Shown: piece after piece, positions 28,789-38,685 of the stretch | Layout of the letters: each line of letters begins with the position of its first letter | Position numbering within the stretch: the first letter of the stretch is position 1 | NCBI RefSeq assembly: GCF_057098645.1 | Contig: NZ_CM169472.1 | Direction: 5' to 3' (one strand) | Length of the DNA: 64,000 nucleotides | Program-made: the position numbers and the translations under genes | The notes under the pieces: generated by a model | Seen by the model: only the letters and a program-made list of their open reading frames with translations | Database searches by the model: none | What the model was told of the DNA's origin: nothing

Positions 28789-31700
28789 TTGCTTGTGAAA
28801 ACTCCAGTTAACCCACTTTTGCAATGGCTTAATATGTTTTTTAGTCGCCGTTCATTATCCGGAGCTGATGGACGGGCGTTATATGCTTACCGTTGTACTG
28901 ATACAGAGTACGAAAGTTTGGCAGAACTACTGCGTACATATGCCCCCCGTAGTTATCCAAGAACGATATTCATTTCCTATAGCGATGTTCTATTTAGCAT
29001 ATATGCCGCAGAGTTTATCCGCCGGACTCATACGGTCGGACACCCTAAATGGGACACAATTTTAGATTCTATTAACTGGAAAGTTCCGTATGTTCATCGA
29101 CAGAAGCTGGTTAATGATGGCATTCGCTACTGGAAAAGAAAGATAAGAAACCTGGGACAAGCTTCGGGTTATCTGCATACACTGGCTTGTGAAGGTGGTT
29201 TGCCTATCCGCATGATTGAAAATGAGAGCGGTTATTTGATTACCTATTTCAGAAGGATATATCAGGCGCTTCGTGGGCAATCATCTCAATATCCTGCCGC
29301 TAAAATTGCACAAGAATTAGGCGATACGATTCCTGTCACAATGCAAAACGAACTGGTCTATGAAATAGCCGGTGAATTCTGCGAGACTCTCTGCCGATTA
29401 CTTAGTGAGCATCCTCCTCATAGCAGTGATCCCGTTTCTGCATTACGTAAGCTCTCTCCAGACTGGCATCTTCAACTTCCACTCGTTCTCCCCGAAGCGA
29501 ATGCTGCAGAGATTGTAAGGCGATTACTTTCTCAATCTTCTGAAATACGCAGTGCAAGTAGTCTTCAGGTTGAAAGAATCTGGGTCGATGTTGATGACAG
29601 TTGGTATTGCGATGCCCGGTTCCGATTCCCGGCCACAATGCGTACAGAACAGTTAACCTCTTTGTTTGAATGCCATATTCAGCCGGAGCAGACCCGACTC
29701 ATCATTTCAGGAAAATGGAAAAATGGCGGGGCAAGGTTGGCAATGCTAAGCCGTTATGAGCAGCAAGATTGGCGGGTCGAGTTATTACCTATTGCGATGC
29801 AAAAACTCTCTGGTGCAGATGCAATGGCCGAAATCTCATTGTCGCTTCATGAAGGTCCAATTCTGTTAGGTCACACAATTCCAAAAGGCGGTTATGAACT
29901 TACTGAAGAACTTCCCTGGGTTTTTGAAGCGATGAATGAGAGTGAATCGCAGCTAAAACTTGTTGGTATGGGGTCTGTGAGTTCCAGGCTAAATGCTCTG
30001 TTTATTTCGCTACCGAAAAATAGCCATTTAGATATTAGTGGAGAAGGTGAGTTTGATATCCCAAGGTTGCTGAAAAACAGTGAACGCAGCTTAACTAAAA
30101 TAAGTGGAGTATTTAGCGTTGTTTTACATGATGGTGCTGTTTGTACAATTCGCACCCAGCAACTTTATGATTCTGCGATTGAATATTATATTAAATCGAC
30201 AGAAGTTGAACTGGTTAAATCGGATTATCCTGTCCATCGAGCCTGGCCGAAGATCGGTTGGAAAAAGGATCTGCAATATGGCATTGTACCGGAGAAAGAA
30301 CTTTTTTGGCGTTCCATTCGTTCAGGTAATAATGCCTGGTATTCTGTCGCATCAGAAATGCCAAAAGGACAGATAGAAGTCCGGCGAATAGTTAATGATG
30401 AGGTTTTATTTAGCGGTAAAGTTGTAGTTTTACCAGCAGACTTCGATATTAATATTATACCTGAGAGTGCTCAGCAAGGCATTATTATGCTTTCTGGTAT
30501 AACGGATACTAGAATTGATAAATATTCAAACAATGAAAAAGTAACACTTAAGTCCGATTATTCACAAAACGAGTGTGCTATTTATTATAATTCATCGCTG
30601 ATGCTGGAAAATACCGTTGATTTACGGGTCTCCTGGAAAGATGGTTCTAATCTTAAACTATTATTACCTAAGCCGGTTAGCGGTGGCCGATTTGTAACTA
30701 ATGATGGTTCTGTTCATTTTGATGGTGTGGCATCTATAGCACATTTGCATGGAATAGATGCTGAGTTATTAACCATATCATGTGCTGGAAGAGGATATCT
30801 TAATATCGAGTTATTGGATGAAAATCCAGTAGCTGAAAAATTCCGCTATTTACATGCCGACCTTCCTCTTTTATCAGGACGCAATGACAAATTACAACAA
30901 ATTTCACTTTATGAGAACTATAATTTGCTAAATGCTATGCTGGCATGTGCATGGAACAGCAATAGTACATTATGTGTTGATTTTTACTCTGACAGATTTG
31001 GAAAGGATAAAGCAACACTCAATATTAAACGCTACGATGGTAGTTTTATTGAACACGATCAAGGGTTACTGGTTGATATAAAAAATTCTGTTGTTTTTCC
31101 TGCAAATAGAATAGACGAACTGGTTGTTGATGCTATTTCTCTTAAGAATCCTGGCTTACACATATCATTGTTAAAAAAAGATGAGTTTGCTTATGATCTT
31201 TCAGCTCTGAATGTTCAGGATAGTCCATGGTTAATTGTGGGAAAACTTGATGGTACAGCTCGCATTGCACCAGTAATTAAATGGATGCTACCTGTATTGC
31301 AGACAAATGATTTATTACTAAATGCTCTATGCGAAGCAGACCCAGAACAGCGCAAAAAAAATTTTAATGAGCTAATTTTTGAAATAGATAACAACCCATT
31401 GCAAAATTATTGCTGTTTATTAACAGAGTATATTAAGAAATACAAAATGAATAATGGCTTATCCTTGCTGGATCTGGACTTGTTCAGAGGTATTTCGAGT
31501 AATTACCGCGTGGTTGTTCAATTGTTAATATCATCATGTCTTTCTGGTGATAGCGATACGATTTATGATATACAGGAAGAATTACCCTTTTCATGGGGAT
31601 GGATTCCCGTTTCAATCTGGAAAGATGTTTTCCAAAAATGTTGGACTTATCTGGAGAAACAGATTAACGATAAAACATTAGCATTACATATATTGCAACC

Positions 31701-32148
31701 CTTTATTGCTTTTATGAACCATCGTGCACATATCGATCGTCGGCTGGCTCCGATTGCGAATATGTTACTTACATATAGTGAGAGCCTACCAACCGGTTGT
31801 GATGTATTGCCAACTGTTAGTCGTGAGCAGTTTAATGAAGCTAAACAGATGCTATTAAGGAACCCCGACAGCTTTGGGCGTATCAGTATCTTCCCTAAAG
31901 AACTTTGGTCTAGTGCTATTACTCCAGAGTTAAAATCTGTTTTTAATAAGCTTTGGATTGAAGATAAATATCACTCACGGCTTGAAAAACGTTTTAATTT
32001 GATGTTAGTCGCAGCGCTGTTAACCCAAAAAGATAATAACCTGATACATCAACTGTCTGCGCTTTTTGAATTTCACTATCAGCAAGCCCCACAGCAATTA
32101 GGGGTAATCTATCAATATTATTTTGAACAAGCAGGAGTATGTCATTGA
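28789..32148 (+). CDS. Large hypothetical protein (1119 aa), DruH-like by size and position; first gene of a two-gene operon with a giant helicase
   Basis: TTG start with AGGAAGG RBS; no P-loop or other motif recognised; stop overlaps the start of the downstream helicase gene. Confidence 0.5.
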   Translation: MLVKTPVNPLLQWLNMFFSRRSLSGADGRALYAYRCTDTEYESLAELLRTYAPRSYPRTIFISYSDVLFSIYAAEFIRRTHTVGHPKWDTILDSINWKVPYVHRQKLVNDGIRYWKRKIRNLGQASGYLHTLACEGGLPIRMIENESGYLITYFRRIYQALRGQSSQYPAAKIAQELGDTIPVTMQNELVYEIAGEFCETLCRLLSEHPPHSSDPVSALRKLSPDWHLQLPLVLPEANAAEIVRRLLSQSSEIRSASSLQVERIWVDVDDSWYCDARFRFPATMRTEQLTSLFECHIQPEQTRLIISGKWKNGGARLAMLSRYEQQDWRVELLPIAMQKLSGADAMAEISLSLHEGPILLGHTIPKGGYELTEELPWVFEAMNESESQLKLVGMGSVSSRLNALFISLPKNSHLDISGEGEFDIPRLLKNSERSLTKISGVFSVVLHDGAVCTIRTQQLYDSAIEYYIKSTEVELVKSDYPVHRAWPKIGWKKDLQYGIVPEKELFWRSIRSGNNAWYSVASEMPKGQIEVRRIVNDEVLFSGKVVVLPADFDINIIPESAQQGIIMLSGITDTRIDKYSNNEKVTLKSDYSQNECAIYYNSSLMLENTVDLRVSWKDGSNLKLLLPKPVSGGRFVTNDGSVHFDGVASIAHLHGIDAELLTISCAGRGYLNIELLDENPVAEKFRYLHADLPLLSGRNDKLQQISLYENYNLLNAMLACAWNSNSTLCVDFYSDRFGKDKATLNIKRYDGSFIEHDQGLLVDIKNSVVFPANRIDELVVDAISLKNPGLHISLLKKDEFAYDLSALNVQDSPWLIVGKLDGTARIAPVIKWMLPVLQTNDLLLNALCEADPEQRKKNFNELIFEIDNNPLQNYCCLLTEYIKKYKMNNGLSLLDLDLFRGISSNYRVVVQLLISSCLSGDSDTIYDIQEELPFSWGWIPVSIWKDVFQKCWTYLEKQINDKTLALHILQPFIAFMNHRAHIDRRLAPIANMLLTYSESLPTGCDVLPTVSREQFNEAKQMLLRNPDSFGRISIFPKELWSSAITPELKSVFNKLWIEDKYHSRLEKRFNLMLVAALLTQKDNNLIHQLSALFEFHYQQAPQQLGVIYQYYFEQAGVCH

Positions 32149-35100
32149 TGGACGTTCAGCAACTGCATTATGCGCCACTTCTAAATCAGCTTCATCAGCG
32201 TGCGGTGAGGTCGGTGGTAAGTCAGTTGGCATTGCGGAGCAAGTCGTTGACTCATTATCTGGAATCACAATATTTTCAGCCTCCCGGTCAGGAGGGGTCA
32301 CTGCTTGCAGACCCGGTATTCGAAAGTACATTCGGCTGGATGCCTGCGGATGAAACAATGGAGGATTTGCGGGACAAGCTGATCTCCAGCCCGCTGGTTG
32401 ATGCATTGAGCAAAGCGCCAGTGCCATTTCGTCATCAACTTACTGCGTGGCGAACGATTCTGGAAGACAAAAAATCCTTGTTAGTGAGCAGCGGTACGGG
32501 ATCCGGGAAAACAGAATGCTTTATGGTACCGGTTCTGGAAGATCTTATTCGTCAGCAAAAATCGACCCGCCAGTCACTAACAGGGACACAAGCTATTTTC
32601 TTGTATCCGTTAAATGCATTAATTAACAGCCAACAGGAGCGGCTTCGCGAATGGACGCGCGGATTTAAGGGGAAAATACGCTTCGCGCTATATAATGGCG
32701 AAACCCGGCATACCAAATACGAAATTCAGGAAGATCAGTTGAAAGTACCTGAACAAGCTTTGAGTCGGGAAGCCATTTATGAAGCACCACCTTCCATCAT
32801 GGTGACGAATACCACCATGCTGGAATATATGCTGATTCGTCGTAAAGATGCCCCAATCATCGAAAAGTCTCAGGGGATGTTAAAGTATATCGTCCTGGAT
32901 GAAGCCCATAGTTATATTGGTTCTCAGGCTGCTGAGTTAGCGCTGCTTTTACGTCGTGTTATGCAGGCTTTCAATGTTGGACCCGGCACAGATAAACCTG
33001 TGCAGATTATCGCGACCTCTGCCACTATTGGTGAAGACTCTCCTGAAGGTAATAAGGAGCTTGCTAAATTTGTCGCTGATCTCGCGGGCGTTACAGAACG
33101 TGATGTCAAAGTGGTTCGCGGTTATCGACAAATACCGCGGGTATCGGAGTCGCTGATTCGTCATGAATACCCCACATCTTTAACTTCTCTTAAATCCCTG
33201 AGCCCTCAGGATCTTTACCAACAGCTTTGTCATTACCGTGTGGCCCAGCAATTGCGTCAGGCGTTAACTCATCCCGGACGGCAGGCAGTACGTTTGAGTG
33301 AGTTGCTCAATGTTGCCAGAAGAACCTGGCCAGATATTAATCACCGTGAGCTACTGCAACTCCTCGATCTAATGGCAAGATCGCGAGAAGGTGAACTGGC
33401 TTTTACGCCATTACGTATGCATGGGTTTATCAGAACACTGGCGGGTCTATGGGCATGTTCAAACAAACAATGCTCACATAAAGCACATGAATTAAATCAG
33501 AGTGACTGGCCATTTGGTCAGGTATGGTTTGAGCAGCGCCAATATTGTGACTGTGGAGCGCCGGTATTTGAAGTTTTACGTTGCTCCGGGTGTGGTTCAG
33601 CTTATTTGTCTGCCAAAGAGGAGATGCGCGGTGATGGAACGAACTGGTTGGTAGCGCAACCAGCCGCTGCCGAAGTGGATGAGTTTGCTCTTGATGTAGA
33701 TGTTTATTCTGAAGATGAAGACAACGACGAATTAGACAATAACTCTCAATTTGATCGTCTGATTGCGAGCGATGGTGAAAAATATATCATTTCACTGGAA
33801 GAAACGACGGCGGGGAAAATTGATAGTGAAGCGCAAAAGCACTATGAAATAAACCTGTTAAGACCGGAATCTCGAGGTGAGGGACGCAATAACTCCTTTG
33901 CTTGTGTTTGCTGTGGTGACACTCAACGGAAAAATAATCCTTTATTCCGTCCGCTTCGGCTCGGCGCGCCCTTTTTTTTAAATGAAATTATTCCTACTCT
34001 GCTGGAGTTTTCTCCATTACCGCAAACAAGAGAAGAGCAGTTAGGACCGTTTAATGGTCGACGCTTGCTCACCTTTACGGATTCGCGTCAGGGTACCGCT
34101 CGCATTTCAGCCCGCTTACAGCAGGATGCCGATAAAGCGACGTTGCGAGCTCTTTGTTACCAGGAACTGGCAAATATTACAGAGCCTTCAGCAAAACTCA
34201 GCCCGGCACACTGTGCACTGTTAGAGAAAGTTATTAGCCAGTTTTCTGTCCTCCCTTTAAAAAATTCCATCGACGCGCTGAAAAAAGCGATGGCTGCGAA
34301 TGAGGAGCTTAGCCCGACGGACATTCAGGCACTTAAAATTATTGAGCCGATGGTGAGTTCCTTAAGCACGGAGCATGCTGAAGCGATGCAAATACTTCAG
34401 GCTAACTCTGGCAATCAGCAGAAGAAAACCATGTCATGGCAAACGCTGTCTGAACAGCTGGTTGGCAGTGTGGACCTTGCCGATAGAATGAGAGGCAGTT
34501 TTAAAGAATTGTCTGGGCTTGATCTTACTAAACAACAGTTTGCAGATTTTTGTTTATACAGCGAGTTTGGTCGCCGCCCTAAAAATGCCTGGACCCTCGA
34601 AAGTCTGGGTCTGGTAGCCATTCACTATCCATTCATTGATAAAGTTACAACCTGCCCGCAGGACTGGAAGACATTATTACCCGATCCCGATAAGCAATTA
34701 GCGGAATGGCGTAATTTATTGAAGATTACTCTTGATTTCTTTATCCGTGAAAACAGTGCCGTTTTTTACGAAAACGAGCAATACCCTCGCTGGATGGGGG
34801 CACGTTTCCCGGTAAAAATGCTCCAGGGGCCAGATAAAAAAAACAAAGGGCAGAAACGTGATCAACTTTGGCCACAAATACGCGATCGCCATTATAACCG
34901 GGTCATTAAGCTATTAATCGCAGTCTTTCCGGCAATACAACCTGAGCAGGCTCACTGGAAATCGTTAGTTAACCACTTAATGATTGAGGTCTGGGATGCA
35001 ATTCGACCCTGCTTACGTCAGTTTGAGTCGGGTTATCAGCTGGATATTAAACAACAAGCTGAATTTTACAGTCCAAAGCAAGTGTGGCGTTGCCCCTATA

Positions 35101-38100
35101 CTCGACGTGCGTTAGACGTCACGTTGCTGGGATACTCTCCGTATTTGCCGGGTAGCAAAGAAATTGCACCTGAAAAAGCAGTGTTGATTGAAATGCCTGA
35201 GCTTCCTGTACGTCACTGGCGTTTGTCTGGTGGTGGAGAAATCGCCCGAGAAGAACGTCTGGAGTGGCTGGAAAGTAATGCGCTGATTCAACATGCCCGC
35301 GAGGAAGGATTATGGTCTACTCGCAGCGACCGACTGGCCCTGAAAGATAGCTGGTATCGTCTGGAGGAACACTCTGCGCAGAGAACGCCTGAGCAGAACC
35401 AGTTTAATGAAAAACAATTTAAGTCAGGCAAAGTTAATGTGCTGAACTGTTCCACGACCATGGAGATGGGGGTGGATATTGGTGGTATGAGTTTGGTGGC
35501 AATGAACAACGTTCCTCCAGCGCCGGCAAATTATTTGCAACGTGCAGGTCGCGCGGGGCGTCGTGGAGAGAGTGCATCTGCTGCCATTACGTTATGTAAA
35601 AACACGGCGCATGGAATGGAGGTATTCAAAGACCCCCTCTGGGCGTTCAACACTACTGCCAGTGCGCCACGGGTTCGTTTTGGGAGCAGTAGCATTGTTC
35701 AACGACATGTTAATGCCCAGGTTTTAGGTCTGTTTTTACGAGCTGAAGTTCCTGATGCGACAAAACTGAGTTGCAAATGGTTCTTTGAAGGTGATGAGAG
35801 CCAGTGTCTTCGTTTTCTTCATTGGTTAAATCACCAGGCCGATGAGCTGGCGGATAAACTTAAACGCCTTACTCAGGGAACCGTCCTGATGTCATTGACG
35901 GCAACCCAGCTCTTGACCCGCACACAAGCAATGATGCAGCAGGTTGATATCCGCTGGAGAAGCCAACTTGCGATACTGTTGGAAAATATCGAAGCGTTGA
36001 AGGCGGATAACAGCGCGTGGGAAGAAACGCCAGCAGGTAAAGCCATCGCTTATCAGCTTCGTGATTATCGCGGTGCATATCTGTTTTCTAAACTCATTAG
36101 TGAAGCGTTCCTGCCGGGGCATGGTTTCCCGGTTGGCGTAGTCAATTTCAATTATCTGACGGCAGATGAGCTGGAAAAACGTCGCGCAATAAAAGCCACT
36201 CAGGCTGACCCTAATGAAGGGGGAGAAAGCTTTTCTCGTCGTATTGAAAAATTGCCCAGCCGTGATTTGCCTACAGCATTACGCGAGTATGCGCCTGGTG
36301 CAGATGTGGTATTGGGCGGAAAAGTATATCGTTCCTCGGGCATTATGCTTGGCAAGGTGCTTGCCAGCGGGCAGGAGCTGTCAGGCGATCATCATATTCC
36401 GTGGTTCTGGCATTGCCGTAAATGTGGTGCGGGGGCAACCAGTACTACCCATCCTGTCGAATGTAGTCACTGCAAAGCGGATATACAGCAACTTGATGTG
36501 AAGCGTTATTTACAGCCTGTTGGTTTTGCGACAGATATTCGTTATCAGGCACATAATGATGTATCCATGCCTGCACAACTTCCCTGGAAAGATCCACGTG
36601 TTCTTGTACCGTCTTCGGTGTGGGTTTCTTTACCCGATGCTGGGCTAGGACGTTACCGTTTTAGCCATAGTGGGGAATTGTTCCACTTCAGTGAAGGGGA
36701 ATTTGGGCACGGCTACGCAATTTGCCTCTCATGTGGTCGGGCAGAATCTCAAACTCAACCCCAGCGTACCCCTGAAAATCTAAAGAACCCAGAGCGGGAA
36801 AATACGCATTACCTGTTGCGAGGGGGCAGTAACGATCGTCAGGGGAGCAATAAATTGTGCCACGGTCATGTGCATAAAGATCTGTGGTTGGGGTATAGCA
36901 GTCGTACAGATATGGTTGAGCTGCAACTTAATGATGATAATGGCCTGTTGATCCGTGATGAGGTTGCCGCGCGTTCCCTTGCGGTCGCTTTGCGTGAAGG
37001 GTTAGCGCATAAATTGGGTATCGAAAATACTGAGCTGGGCGTGACGACGCAGCAAGCGCGCGATATCAATGGCTATACCGGATATTCCATCTTCATATAC
37101 GACAATAATGCGGGTGGTGCAGGTTATGCAGTGCAATTGATCGACCATTGGGCTGATGTCTTTAATTACGCCAGAAAATTGCTCGATTGCAGTTGCGATA
37201 AATTTTGTCACCACTGCTTGCTCAGCTACGACAGTCAGCATTATGTCAACAGATTAGATCGTCACCATGCATTAACCCTGCTTACCAATGTACGGTTGCA
37301 GCGACTTAACCTCGCGCCAGAATATCAGTACTTCGGCGATGGTAGCCGGGTTGAAACTAACCCTCTGAGTTTACGTATTGCGCAATGCCTGAACAGCGAG
37401 ATTTATGACTCCTGCTCGCTGGTTCTTGCGGGGCCGCAGGAACAGTGGGACTTTGCCCAATGGCCATTATTTAAAGAGTTGCTCCAGTTTGCCTCCTCCG
37501 GTGGGAATGTTGAGTTGCTGGTGGCCACGCCGCTGGAAAACTTAACTGATAGCTCCAGACATCAGCTTTCCGCGTTGGCGGCGATGCCGGGAGGACGCTT
37601 ACAAGTGAAATCCATTGCCACTGCGCAACTCATGCAAGGAAAGGGGCGCTGGCTTGCGCAGGTGACTCGCGAAGGGCAAAGCCAACAGTGGGCCGCAGAC
37701 GACAGCGCTACCGTTGCCCCTGGTGAATTATGGGGACAAAGTGCGTCTTCACCAGTAGTGACACTTAAAGGAACGTCCGGAAAAACCTTCTCGGGTCAGA
37801 CCTTAAGTGCAGAAGATTTACTGCCCGCCTTACCCACCGGGGCGGTGCGCATCAATCTCTGTGAACAACTGGACGGGCCGCTGGAAGGTTTTGGTTCGCG
37901 TTTCTGGTCGTTAGTCACGCAACAGCACGCTGGCTGGAAGCAGGCATTTACCCGCCACAAAGAGATAACGCATGTTGAGTACAGCGATCGTTATCTTAAT
38001 AGCCCATTCACGGCGCGTTTGTTAGGTGAAATCTTAACCGAGCTGGTTGAACAGGGAATGGCGGAACGCGCCAGCCTCACTGTTTGCGTCAAAAAATTGG

Positions 38101-38462
38101 ATTACAACTCTCGCCAACACGACGCTCTCTATAACGCGTGGCTTAATGAGGAAGATCGTCAGCAGGTTGTGACCACTTTACTTGAAGAAGGATATCTGGG
38201 GCCTGCGTGGCCGGGAGCAATTAGCTGGTTAACGGGGGATAACCAGAGTACGGAGCATGGACGAGAACTGACAGTCACCTTCAGCGATGGCAGTCAGCAT
38301 TATGTCCTGCTCGACATGGGGCTTAGCTACTGGCGCTGTATTGAAGATACCTTCTTTGATTTTGCCCTGCGAGTACCGCAGCAAGTTGAACGGCTGGCAA
38401 ACACGCGAGCGCGAGCTGTTGCCCCGGGTAATGACCTTAGGAGTTATATTATCGCTGGATAA
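32148..38462 (+). CDS. Giant DEAD/DEAH-box helicase with C-terminal Cys-rich (DUF1998-like) region; DruE-like
   Basis: About 2100 aa; motif I SSGTGSGKTECF, motif II VLDEAHSY, motif III TSAT, motif VI QRAGRAGRRGE at about aa 1130, cysteine clusters CRKCGAG..CSHC and CDKFCHHC. Start ATG 32148 (AGGAG 10 nt upstream); an in-frame ATG at 32139 is alternative. Confidence 0.75.
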   Translation: MDVQQLHYAPLLNQLHQRAVRSVVSQLALRSKSLTHYLESQYFQPPGQEGSLLADPVFESTFGWMPADETMEDLRDKLISSPLVDALSKAPVPFRHQLTAWRTILEDKKSLLVSSGTGSGKTECFMVPVLEDLIRQQKSTRQSLTGTQAIFLYPLNALINSQQERLREWTRGFKGKIRFALYNGETRHTKYEIQEDQLKVPEQALSREAIYEAPPSIMVTNTTMLEYMLIRRKDAPIIEKSQGMLKYIVLDEAHSYIGSQAAELALLLRRVMQAFNVGPGTDKPVQIIATSATIGEDSPEGNKELAKFVADLAGVTERDVKVVRGYRQIPRVSESLIRHEYPTSLTSLKSLSPQDLYQQLCHYRVAQQLRQALTHPGRQAVRLSELLNVARRTWPDINHRELLQLLDLMARSREGELAFTPLRMHGFIRTLAGLWACSNKQCSHKAHELNQSDWPFGQVWFEQRQYCDCGAPVFEVLRCSGCGSAYLSAKEEMRGDGTNWLVAQPAAAEVDEFALDVDVYSEDEDNDELDNNSQFDRLIASDGEKYIISLEETTAGKIDSEAQKHYEINLLRPESRGEGRNNSFACVCCGDTQRKNNPLFRPLRLGAPFFLNEIIPTLLEFSPLPQTREEQLGPFNGRRLLTFTDSRQGTARISARLQQDADKATLRALCYQELANITEPSAKLSPAHCALLEKVISQFSVLPLKNSIDALKKAMAANEELSPTDIQALKIIEPMVSSLSTEHAEAMQILQANSGNQQKKTMSWQTLSEQLVGSVDLADRMRGSFKELSGLDLTKQQFADFCLYSEFGRRPKNAWTLESLGLVAIHYPFIDKVTTCPQDWKTLLPDPDKQLAEWRNLLKITLDFFIRENSAVFYENEQYPRWMGARFPVKMLQGPDKKNKGQKRDQLWPQIRDRHYNRVIKLLIAVFPAIQPEQAHWKSLVNHLMIEVWDAIRPCLRQFESGYQLDIKQQAEFYSPKQVWRCPYTRRALDVTLLGYSPYLPGSKEIAPEKAVLIEMPELPVRHWRLSGGGEIAREERLEWLESNALIQHAREEGLWSTRSDRLALKDSWYRLEEHSAQRTPEQNQFNEKQFKSGKVNVLNCSTTMEMGVDIGGMSLVAMNNVPPAPANYLQRAGRAGRRGESASAAITLCKNTAHGMEVFKDPLWAFNTTASAPRVRFGSSSIVQRHVNAQVLGLFLRAEVPDATKLSCKWFFEGDESQCLRFLHWLNHQADELADKLKRLTQGTVLMSLTATQLLTRTQAMMQQVDIRWRSQLAILLENIEALKADNSAWEETPAGKAIAYQLRDYRGAYLFSKLISEAFLPGHGFPVGVVNFNYLTADELEKRRAIKATQADPNEGGESFSRRIEKLPSRDLPTALREYAPGADVVLGGKVYRSSGIMLGKVLASGQELSGDHHIPWFWHCRKCGAGATSTTHPVECSHCKADIQQLDVKRYLQPVGFATDIRYQAHNDVSMPAQLPWKDPRVLVPSSVWVSLPDAGLGRYRFSHSGELFHFSEGEFGHGYAICLSCGRAESQTQPQRTPENLKNPERENTHYLLRGGSNDRQGSNKLCHGHVHKDLWLGYSSRTDMVELQLNDDNGLLIRDEVAARSLAVALREGLAHKLGIENTELGVTTQQARDINGYTGYSIFIYDNNAGGAGYAVQLIDHWADVFNYARKLLDCSCDKFCHHCLLSYDSQHYVNRLDRHHALTLLTNVRLQRLNLAPEYQYFGDGSRVETNPLSLRIAQCLNSEIYDSCSLVLAGPQEQWDFAQWPLFKELLQFASSGGNVELLVATPLENLTDSSRHQLSALAAMPGGRLQVKSIATAQLMQGKGRWLAQVTREGQSQQWAADDSATVAPGELWGQSASSPVVTLKGTSGKTFSGQTLSAEDLLPALPTGAVRINLCEQLDGPLEGFGSRFWSLVTQQHAGWKQAFTRHKEITHVEYSDRYLNSPFTARLLGEILTELVEQGMAERASLTVCVKKLDYNSRQHDALYNAWLNEEDRQQVVTTLLEEGYLGPAWPGAISWLTGDNQSTEHGRELTVTFSDGSQHYVLLDMGLSYWRCIEDTFFDFALRVPQQVERLANTRARAVAPGNDLRSYIIAG

Positions 38463-38582
38463 ATAATTGCTCCCCTGGGGATATCTTCCAGGGGAGTTGA
38501 CCCAGCTCACTTTTTAATAATTTTTGTTTGAAAATCATGCGCAATTTATGCGCATTCCCTCCCATTTTGTCACTTTGCCGGG

Positions 38583-38615
38583 GGCCTTCATGATATCTTT
38601 AAGGCCCTCTTTTTT
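38583..38615 (+). terminator. Intrinsic terminator between the two large operons
   Basis: ggcctt-catgatatcttt-aaggcc hairpin followed by ctcttttttt; a second hairpin at 38470-38496. Confidence 0.55.
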
Positions 38616-38685
38616 ATCGCAGTGTGCCGCGCCACATTTTTCAGGATGACGTTACCGCCACTGCCCCAAATAGACAGAAAAACCG

